From the NCBI GenBank assembly GCA_964584165.1, contig CAZOYW010000002.1:35488-99487 (forward strand): a stretch of 64,000 nucleotides of DNA. Direction: 5' to 3'. This document shows, in pieces, positions 35,147-42,558 of the stretch. Below the pieces are notes generated by a model that was not told the DNA's origin, made no database searches, and worked only from the letters and a program-made list of their open reading frames with translations. This DNA is from an uncultured bacterium. Its GTDB lineage: Bacteria; Auribacterota; Erginobacteria; Erginobacterales; CAZKCI01. The position numbers and the translations under genes are program-made. The first letter of the stretch is position 1. Every line of letters begins with the position of its first letter.

Positions 35147-36544
35147 ATGAAGCGCGATCCGTCCCCCGCGTTCTCTCCTCCACCCCCCTCCCGGCCGCCC
35201 TGGCTCGCCGCTCTCTTCGTCCTGGCCGCCTCAAGCCTCGCCTTCTGCGTCGCGGCGATCCCGCCCTGGCAGTCTCCCGACGAGCCGACCCATTTCGAGT
35301 ACGCCCGACTCCTCGCCCGGGACGGCTGGCGCTCCCCGCTCCGCCCCGATCCCGCCCTGGAGGAGGCGATCATCGCCTCCCTCTCCCGCAACGACTTCTG
35401 GCGCTTAGTCAAGGTCTCCCCCCCGGAGCGTCCGCCCCGGACCTTCCTCGCCGCCCCCTTCCTCTGCCAGGCGCCGACCCAGATCGGCAAGAACCCCCCG
35501 GGCTACTATCTGCTCGCCGCTCAGGTCCTCCGTTTCTGCCCCCGGCAGAGCCTGGTCGCCCAGCTTTATTGCCTCCGCCTCCTCAGCGCGCTCTTATCCC
35601 TCCTCACCGTGGGGGCGGTCTTCCTCTGCGCCCGGGAGGCCTTCGGCGGCGGATTCTTCCCCGCCCTGGCCGCGGCCGCTTTCGCCGCCGGTCTTCCCCA
35701 GTTCGCGGTGATCGGGGGTTCGGTCAGCCCCGACCCGCTGAGCAACCTCCTCGGCGCGCTGTTCATCCTCCTCACGCTCCTCGAACGCCGCGGTCCGCGC
35801 CGGCGCTTCTCGGGGGCCTTTCTCGTCCTGCTGGCCGGCCTTTTCGTCAGCTACAAGTTCCTCATCCTGCTCGGCGCCCATTTCCTTCTCCGCCTCGCCG
35901 ATCTCGTCCGCCCTCCCCCGGGCCATGGTCGCCGCGCGGCCCTCGCCGCCTTGGGCGCCGAGTCGCTCGTCCTGCTCGTCGCCTACTGCGCCCTCCTCTG
36001 GTTTTCGCCCTCCCTGGTCGGGATCTTCCTCCGCCGGTTCCGGATGCTCATCGCCGCGGTCTTGGGCTTCCCCGGCGCCCCCGCCCCGCCTCCGGGATAC
36101 TGGCGCTGGTTCGCGGTCATGCTCTTCAAGAGCTTCTGGCTTTATTTCGGTTGGCTCCTCTATCCCGCCCCGGCCGTCCTCTACGGAGCCTGGGGGGCTC
36201 TGACCGGGCTCGCCCTCTGCGGGGCCGCGGTGCGGCTGCTCGGAGGGAAGGGGGACGAGGAGGGCTCGCGCGCGTCCTTCCCGGGGATCGGTTCGCTCGC
36301 CGTTCTCGCCGGTTCGGTCCTGGCCGCCTACTACGCCTTCTGGGGACTGCGCAGCGGCTACACCACCACCCAGGGGCGGCATCTCTTCCTCGCCCTTCCC
36401 GCCTGGGCGATCCTTTTCGTATGGGGGCTGACCGGCCTCTTCCCGCCCCGCCTCCGGGACGGCCTCTGCCGCGGAGTTTTCCTGATCCTGCCGCTGCTCG
36501 CCTCCGCCGCCTTCGCCGGTTCGGTGTGGAAGGTCTACCGCTGA
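35147..36544 (+). CDS. DUF2142-like polytopic membrane protein (GT-C-like fold?)
   Basis: MKRDPSPAFS ... WQSPDEPTHFEYARLL near the N-terminus, then >10 TM helices. It is typically paired with GT2, as here. Confidence 0.5.
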   Translation: MKRDPSPAFSPPPPSRPPWLAALFVLAASSLAFCVAAIPPWQSPDEPTHFEYARLLARDGWRSPLRPDPALEEAIIASLSRNDFWRLVKVSPPERPPRTFLAAPFLCQAPTQIGKNPPGYYLLAAQVLRFCPRQSLVAQLYCLRLLSALLSLLTVGAVFLCAREAFGGGFFPALAAAAFAAGLPQFAVIGGSVSPDPLSNLLGALFILLTLLERRGPRRRFSGAFLVLLAGLFVSYKFLILLGAHFLLRLADLVRPPPGHGRRAALAALGAESLVLLVAYCALLWFSPSLVGIFLRRFRMLIAAVLGFPGAPAPPPGYWRWFAVMLFKSFWLYFGWLLYPAPAVLYGAWGALTGLALCGAAVRLLGGKGDEEGSRASFPGIGSLAVLAGSVLAAYYAFWGLRSGYTTTQGRHLFLALPAWAILFVWGLTGLFPPRLRDGLCRGVFLILPLLASAAFAGSVWKVYR

Positions 36545-36577
36545 AACCGCCGACAAATAATTAACCGCGGATCGCTA

Positions 36578-37636
36578 TTGGCCATGCCTGACATCCCATC
36601 GGATAAATCGGCGGTCGCCGGCGAGCTCGCCTCCGTGGTCGTCCTGACCTGGAACGGGAAGGAGCACCTCGAGGAGTGCCTCTCCGCCCTGCTCGCCCAG
36701 ACCTATCCGGAAAAGGAGGTCATCCTCGCCGACAACGCCTCGACCGACGGGACGGTCGGCTTCGTCCGGGAGCGCTTCCCCGCCGTCCGGGTGGTGGCCA
36801 TCGAGAAGAACCTCGGCTACGCGGGGGGCAATAACCGGGGGATCCAATCCGCCCGCGGCGCCTACGTCGCCCTGATCAACAACGACACCCGGGCCGACCC
36901 CTCCTGGCTCGCCGAGATGGTCGCGGCCATGAAGGCGGACCCGTCCTGCGGGATGGTCGCGGGCAAGATTCTCTCCTACGGCGACCGCCGGGTGATCGAC
37001 AACGTCGGCCACGTCTTCTACCGCGACGGCACCTTCCGGGGGAGGGGGAGGCTGGAAATCGACCGGGGCCAATACGACCGCCCGGAGGAGGTCCTTTCCC
37101 CCAGCGGCTGCGCCCTCCTCTTCCGCCGCCTGGCCCTTGACCGGGTCGGCCTCTTCGACGAGGAGTTTTTCATCTACGGCGACGACGCCGAGCTCTCGCT
37201 GCGCCTGCGCCTCAACGGTTGGCGGGCCCTTTACGTTCCCACCGCGGTGGTCTATCATAAATACTCCGCCAGCACCGGGGCCTATTCGCCCTTCAAGGCT
37301 TTCCTGGTGGAGCGGAACCGGATCTGGCTGACGATCAAGTATTTCCCGCTCGGCTCGTTGCTCCGGAGCCCGGTCTTCGCGGTCTGGCGGATGCTCCTCC
37401 AGGCCTACGGCGTGGCGTCGCGGAAGGGGGCGGCCGGCCGCTTCGCCCGCGAGCATTCGGCCGGCGCGCTGGCCCTGGTCGCCCTGAAAGCGAACCTGGC
37501 CGCCCTCCGGGGGGCGCCGGGGATGTGGCGCAAGCGGCGGGAGATGAGGGCGCTGCGGCGGGTCTCCGCGGCCGAGTTCAACCGCTGGTTCAAGCGGTTC
37601 GGCCTCTCGGCCCGGGAGTTGGCGTTGAAGGAATAG
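36578..37636 (+). CDS. Glycosyltransferase family 2
   Basis: VVVLTWNGKEHLEECLSALLAQTYP ... ADNASTDGT ... DDAELSLR (DxD). Confidence 0.8.
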   Translation: MAMPDIPSDKSAVAGELASVVVLTWNGKEHLEECLSALLAQTYPEKEVILADNASTDGTVGFVRERFPAVRVVAIEKNLGYAGGNNRGIQSARGAYVALINNDTRADPSWLAEMVAAMKADPSCGMVAGKILSYGDRRVIDNVGHVFYRDGTFRGRGRLEIDRGQYDRPEEVLSPSGCALLFRRLALDRVGLFDEEFFIYGDDAELSLRLRLNGWRALYVPTAVVYHKYSASTGAYSPFKAFLVERNRIWLTIKYFPLGSLLRSPVFAVWRMLLQAYGVASRKGAAGRFAREHSAGALALVALKANLAALRGAPGMWRKRREMRALRRVSAAEFNRWFKRFGLSARELALKE

Positions 37637-37640
37637 GACC

Positions 37641-38780
37641 ATGAGAATCGGCATCAATGCGCTTTATCTCATCCCCGGCCGGGTCGGCGGTTCCGAGATC
37701 TACCTGCGCCGCCTCCTGCAGGGCCTGGCCGCCCTCGACCGGGAGAACGACTATGCGGTCTTCACCAACCGGGAAAGCCGGGGGGGGCTGGCCCTGGGGC
37801 CGAACTTCAAGGAGTATCCCTGCTCCGTCCGCGCCCGCTTCCGCCCCCACCGGATCCTCTGGGAGCAGATCGTCCTTCCCCTCCGGGCGAGGAAGCTTAA
37901 GCTTGACCTCCTCCACTCCCCCGGCTTCACCGCTCCGCTCTTCTGCCCCTGCCCGTCGCTGGTGACGATCCTGGACCTGATCTACCTGGACTTCCCCGAA
38001 ACCTTCCCCCCCTTGGCCCGGGCGATGATGAGGTTCTTCACCCGCCGCTCCGCCCGCGGCGCGGCGCGGGTGATCGCTCTCTCCGGCTACTCGCGCGACG
38101 AGATGCTCTGGGAGCTGGATCTGCCCCCCAACCGGGTCAGCGTCGTCCCGCTGGGCGCGCCCGAGCGGGAGTCGGACGGGCTCTCCCCGGAGGGGAGGAG
38201 GGAGATCCTCTCCCGCCGCGGCATCGTCGCTCCCTACATCCTGGCCATCGCCGCCGCCCATCCCCACAAGAACATCATGCGCCTCCTGGAGGCCTTCTAC
38301 CACCTGCGCCGGAAGGGGCTCCCCCACCGGCTGGTCGTGGTGGGCGTGATGCACGGGCGCTACTACGGGGAGCTCCAGAAGGCGTGCGACCGCTTGGAGA
38401 TCGGGCGGGAGGTCGTCTTCACCGGCTGGATCCCCGAGGCGGAGAAGGAGTCGGTCCTGGCCGGAGCCGATCTTCTCGCCTTCCCCTCCCTGCTCGAGGG
38501 GTTCGGACTCCCGGTCCTGGAGGCGATGAAATTCTCCGTCCCGGTGGCCTGCGCCGACGTGCCCTCCCTGCTCGAGGTCACCGGCGACGCGGCCTACCTC
38601 TTCAACCCCTACTCGGTGGAGGAGATCGCCCGGGCGCTGGAGGCCTGCCTGACCCTGCCGGACCTCCGCCGGGACCTGATCGCAAAGGGGAGGAAGCAGG
38701 CCGCGAACTTCTCCTGGGAGAAGACCGCGCGGCAGACGCTCGACCTCTACCGGTCGGTCGCCGCCGGGGATAAACAGTGA
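37641..38780 (+). CDS. Glycosyltransferase family 4
   Basis: MRIGINALYLIPGRVGGSEIY ... PSLLEGFGLPVLEAMKFSVPVACAD. Confidence 0.8.
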   Translation: MRIGINALYLIPGRVGGSEIYLRRLLQGLAALDRENDYAVFTNRESRGGLALGPNFKEYPCSVRARFRPHRILWEQIVLPLRARKLKLDLLHSPGFTAPLFCPCPSLVTILDLIYLDFPETFPPLARAMMRFFTRRSARGAARVIALSGYSRDEMLWELDLPPNRVSVVPLGAPERESDGLSPEGRREILSRRGIVAPYILAIAAAHPHKNIMRLLEAFYHLRRKGLPHRLVVVGVMHGRYYGELQKACDRLEIGREVVFTGWIPEAEKESVLAGADLLAFPSLLEGFGLPVLEAMKFSVPVACADVPSLLEVTGDAAYLFNPYSVEEIARALEACLTLPDLRRDLIAKGRKQAANFSWEKTARQTLDLYRSVAAGDKQ

Positions 38781-38863
38781 TCAGCAATCAGTGATCAGTT
38801 ATCAGCAACATCCGTCCATCTCTTTTCACTGATCACTGATTACTGATCACTGTTCACTGATCC
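38775..38863. repeat. Compound inverted repeat with 7-bp-periodic arms (TGATCAG...CTGATCA) after the GT4 stop
   Basis: gtgatcagcaatcagtgatcagttatcagca-N19-actgatcactgattactgatcactgttcactgatc. The same family recurs at 45159-45257. Confidence 0.8.
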
Positions 38864-39922
38864 CTGCTTCTCTCCCTTCCGCCGCCTTTCCCGGGCCAGC
38901 TCCTTCTCGAAGGCCGGCCAGAAGGGGTCGGCGAGCGGTTGGCTGAGCCGCCGCGCCCGTCCCCCGCCGAAGACGCGCACCCCCTCCCGTTCCGGGCGGA
39001 CCTCCCCGGCGATCGAGGCCGGGATCGCCGCCCGGTTGAGGGCGCGGATCACCCCCTCCGCCGCCCCGGGGCGGGCGGTGGCAAGGAGCGTCCCCTCGCT
39101 GATCGAGACGAAGGGATCGATCCCGAAGCAGGCGCAGGTCTTCTCGACCTCCTCCGGGATGATGATCCGGTCGAGGTCGATCCGCATCCCCACCCGGCTG
39201 TGGGCGGCGATCTCCCAGAGCCCGCCGAGGACGCCCCCCTCGGTGGCGTCGTGCAGGGCGGTCACCCCTCCCGCCGCGGCCGCGGTCAGGGCGTCCTTCA
39301 CCGTCGACATCCGGTAGTACACGTCCCGGGCCCGGCGGAGGAAAGCCCTCCCCCAGCGCTCCTCGAGCGGGCGGGGGAAATAGGCGGCGAGCAGGCCCGT
39401 GGTCTCGATCGCCGGCCCCTTGCTGACGATGACGGCGTCGCCGACCCGGGCCCGGGGGACGATCAGCTTCTCCCTCCGGTCGATCCCGAACATGGTGGCT
39501 CCGCCCACCATCGGGTAGTTGCACCCGGCGTAGCGGGCGGTGTGGCCGGTGGCGACCGCGATCCCGAGGCGAGCGCATTCCGCGTGGACGGTCCCCCACA
39601 TCCCGACGAGCTCGCGCTCGGTCATCGCGGGGGGGAGGTTGAGATCGATCGAGAGGTAGCGGGGGGCGATCCCGCTGACCGCGACGTCGCTGGCGATGAT
39701 GTGGACGGCGAACCAGGCGGCCTTCTCGATCCCCAGCTCCCGGGCGATGTAGAAGGGGTCGGTGGAGAGGACCAGGACCCGCGTCCCGAGGTCGATGACG
39801 CCGAAGTCGACGCCCGCGCGGGGTTTGAGGATCAGGGAGGGGTCCCTCCGGCCGAGTTTCGGATAGATGTGGCGGCGGAAGAAATCGGGATGGATCTTCC
39901 CCAGCGGAGCCAGTTTCTTCAT
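38840..39922 (-). CDS. AIR-synthase-related protein (PurM/HypE/ThiL-like superfamily)
   Basis: FAVHIIASDVAVSGIAPRYLSIDL ... GIAVATGHTARYAG ... ALHDATEGGVLGGLWEIA parallels HypE/PurM-fold motifs. It lacks HypE's C-terminal Cys. Confidence 0.6.
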   Translation of the reverse strand: MKKLAPLGKIHPDFFRRHIYPKLGRRDPSLILKPRAGVDFGVIDLGTRVLVLSTDPFYIARELGIEKAAWFAVHIIASDVAVSGIAPRYLSIDLNLPPAMTERELVGMWGTVHAECARLGIAVATGHTARYAGCNYPMVGGATMFGIDRREKLIVPRARVGDAVIVSKGPAIETTGLLAAYFPRPLEERWGRAFLRRARDVYYRMSTVKDALTAAAAGGVTALHDATEGGVLGGLWEIAAHSRVGMRIDLDRIIIPEEVEKTCACFGIDPFVSISEGTLLATARPGAAEGVIRALNRAAIPASIAGEVRPEREGVRVFGGGRARRLSQPLADPFWPAFEKELARERRRKGEKQGSVNSDQ

Positions 39923-40232
39923 CTCTTCTCCTCCCGCGGCCGTTCGCCGCGGGCTGCGGTTGGTCGGGAAGATCGCGCCAACGGGGGCAAAACAAAGCCC
40001 CCCGGGCAGAGCACGGAGGGCGACGCGATCCTTTTCCCTACGCCGGCATTACCCGGATCAGGTCCGTCGGGTCTTCCGCTCCCCGCGGAACTCTCAGGCC
40101 GTGGCACGACCTCCCCGTGGTCGTCCCAGTCTCGAGGCAACCGGTCGTTGCTGTCAAGCCCAATCCCCCGGGATGTCTCCCCAATCCCTCGGCCCTAGCG
40201 TTGAGCATTTTCCCCGGTCGGGCATGAGACAC

Positions 40233-40342
40233 CTCGTGTCCGATCGGACACGAGGCGTACGAATCTGCCGGGGCGGAGGGCGGCGGCCCGTCGAGGGCCC
40301 TTCATTACACTTTCATTCCGATCGGAATGAAAGTGTAATGAA
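40233..40342. promoter_or_regulatory. Two perfect palindromes, each centred on CGATCG (24 bp at 40233-40256; 42 bp at 40301-40342), in the gap between the DUF2877 and AIR-synthase-like genes
   Basis: cctcgtgtcCGATCGgacacgagg and ttcattacactttcattcCGATCGgaatgaaagtgtaatgaa. Confidence 0.7.
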
Positions 40343-40426
40343 TCGAAAAGCAGGGGGAGCAGGACGGAAAGAAAGAAAGCGGCCGCCTGACCGATCGAAG
40401 GCGGTTCTGACGGGAATTGGCTCGGG

Positions 40427-41437
40427 CTATTCGCGCTCCGGCTTTCCACCGAGCCCGGCGAGCGCGGCGGCGGTGGCGGCGAAGCCGTCTAGGAGCCAGG
40501 CGCCCGAGGTCGCCCCCCAGGACCGGATCCAGTCGATCCAGGCCGCGGTGCGCCGTTCGTCCCGGGCGCTCAAGGACTCCAGGAAGCGGTAGACGAACTC
40601 GCAGAAGATCCCTTCCGCGGCGGCCGTGAGGAAGTGGGAGCTGATCAGAGTGGTCTTTGCCCAGAGCTTCATGGGAATCCGCGCGATTGCGGACCCCTCC
40701 GGGAAGGCCCGGCGGATATAGCGGCTCGAGGGGAAAGGTGGACGCTCGAGGGGGGATTCGATCATACGCCGGGCCTCCTCGAGCAAGAACGAGCCCGTCG
40801 GGCTCCCTTTCAGCCACCAGGCGGCCGCCATCGCCCCGACGAGGAAATCGTCGCCCGAAGGCGTGAGGCCCTCTCCCAGGCCGATCAGGGCGAGCAGAGC
40901 CTCCCGGAATCGCCCGGCCTCCCGCTGCTCGAGTGCGGCGATGAAAGCGTCGGCGCGCTTCCGGCATTCGTGAAAGTGCTGCTCTCTCGGCCGCCCATGC
41001 GGATCATGCGGACGCGCCTCGAGCATCGTTGGCAGGGCTTGGATCGCCTTTTTCAGGACCTGCCGGGGGGGCGGGGAAGGAAAGGGCGAGGGAGTCCAGG
41101 GCCGGGCGGGACGGAGATCGACGACCAGAGCCGCGGGGGGGCCGTCCCGGGAGGTCCCGGCGGGGGAGACGAAATGGACGGAATCCCCGACCCATATCTC
41201 CAAGTCTCCGAATATCCGGCCGGGGAGGATATCGAGGCAGATGAAGCCGGGACCGTTGAGGCGGTCCTGGCGGACCAGGGGGATCAGTTCGCCGGCGGGG
41301 AGAGCGACGTTGATCGCGCGCTGGAACCAGGACTGGACCCGTCCCCAGTGGCCCTGCTTTTCCAGGAGGGCGCCGAGGCGGCTGTCGTAGGAAACGGCCG
41401 CGATCGTCCGCGACGGAATTCTTTGGTCTCTGGCCAT
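40427..41437 (-). CDS. DUF2877-family protein (AllH/YlbF-like)
   Basis: GLGEGLTPSGDDFLVGAMAA is the DUF2877 hallmark. Start MARDQRIPSR at 41437. Confidence 0.5.
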   Translation of the reverse strand: MARDQRIPSRTIAAVSYDSRLGALLEKQGHWGRVQSWFQRAINVALPAGELIPLVRQDRLNGPGFICLDILPGRIFGDLEIWVGDSVHFVSPAGTSRDGPPAALVVDLRPARPWTPSPFPSPPPRQVLKKAIQALPTMLEARPHDPHGRPREQHFHECRKRADAFIAALEQREAGRFREALLALIGLGEGLTPSGDDFLVGAMAAAWWLKGSPTGSFLLEEARRMIESPLERPPFPSSRYIRRAFPEGSAIARIPMKLWAKTTLISSHFLTAAAEGIFCEFVYRFLESLSARDERRTAAWIDWIRSWGATSGAWLLDGFAATAAALAGLGGKPERE

Positions 41438-41639
41438 CGGTCTCGGGGATTCCGTAGCCGTGGATCTTTCCGGTCCGCGCCCGCGAACGTGTCGTAGCCG
41501 CGCGCCGGCGGGGGATCGCGGGATTGACACCGCCGGCGAATTCCCCTATTAATTATACGACCGGCCCGCCGGGGGCGGAAAAGCTATTGCCCTGACCCTC
41601 CCCGGACCGGGGTGACAATGTTCTGACCGGATCAAACAT

Positions 41640-41662
41640 AAAATTTTCCGGAGGAAAATTTT
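41640..41662 (+). promoter_or_regulatory. Perfect AT-rich hairpin enclosing the SD: aaaattttcc-GGA-ggaaaatttt, abutting the ATG at 41663
   Basis: Read directly. A 10-bp stem with a 3-nt loop; the GGAGG Shine-Dalgarno spans the loop and right arm. Confidence 0.75.
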
Positions 41663-42172
41663 ATGGGAATGGTGAACATCAACCGGCCGATCCACCTGGC
41701 GCTCCGGGACGGTTCCTACGAGAAGTTTCTCGGCCTCCTCAAGCCCTCGTTCGAGGGGCGCCCGCTCGCCTCGCGCAAGAAGATCGTCGGCGCCGCGGTC
41801 GAGAGCCTGGAGGGGGCGCACGCCGCCGCCTCCGGGGCCCTGCGCGGGGTCATGGGGAGCCAGCGGGAACGGGACTTCTGCAAATTCCTCCGGATGATCC
41901 TCGACTCCGCCCGGTCGGTCAAGTTTCTGGTTGAGCACGAGGAGATCCTGGAGCAGGACACCAGCTTCCTGAAGCGCTTCCTCTCCGGGTCGCCGCAGGC
42001 GGTGACCGACGCGCGGGCGATCCGCCGCCGGAAGGCGGAGGAGTTCCTGGAGGGGGTCAGGACCATGGCCCGGCTCGGCGAGAAGGAGTTTCAGAAGCTC
42101 CAGGCCGAGAACTTCCAGGCCTTGAACGAGGACGAGCGCCGGCGCTATCGGGCGATGCGGGCCAACCCATGA
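41663..42172 (+). CDS. Hypothetical protein (169 aa), first gene of the operon leading to the M16 peptidase
   Basis: ORF with the unusual SD hairpin. Its stop overlaps the next start (ATGA). Confidence 0.45.
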   Translation: MGMVNINRPIHLALRDGSYEKFLGLLKPSFEGRPLASRKKIVGAAVESLEGAHAAASGALRGVMGSQRERDFCKFLRMILDSARSVKFLVEHEEILEQDTSFLKRFLSGSPQAVTDARAIRRRKAEEFLEGVRTMARLGEKEFQKLQAENFQALNEDERRRYRAMRANP

Positions 42173-42558
42173 GCGAAGACGGAGAATACCTGCAATCCCT
42201 TTCCGCCCTGGCGCGCCGGGACGGCCGCTACGACGTCGAGGCCTATCTCTTCGTCCAGCGCGCCCTGGCCGCGCTCCTGGAGAAGATCGGCCGCCGCCGC
42301 CACGTCTCGGGGGGCGAGCTTTTGGAGGGGATCCGCGAACTCGCCCTGCGGGAATACGGCCCCCTCTCCCGCGATGTCCTCGCCCACTGGGGGGTGAGGG
42401 CCTGCCCGGACTTCGGGGAGATCGTTTTCGCAATGGTGGAGGCCGGCCTTCTCGCCAAGACCGAAGAGGACCGCCGGGAGGATTTCCAGGGCGGCTACGA
42501 TTTCGGGGAAGCCTTCGAGGCCCCTTTCCTTCCCCCCTCCCCGGGCGGGAAGCCATGA
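42169..42558 (+). CDS. Small conserved hypothetical protein (129 aa) co-translated with the M16 peptidase
   Basis: ATGA coupling at both ends. Acidic C-terminus. I half-recall a small family of this kind that often sits upstream of M16 peptidases, but I cannot name it with confidence. Confidence 0.4.
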   Translation: MSEDGEYLQSLSALARRDGRYDVEAYLFVQRALAALLEKIGRRRHVSGGELLEGIRELALREYGPLSRDVLAHWGVRACPDFGEIVFAMVEAGLLAKTEEDRREDFQGGYDFGEAFEAPFLPPSPGGKP

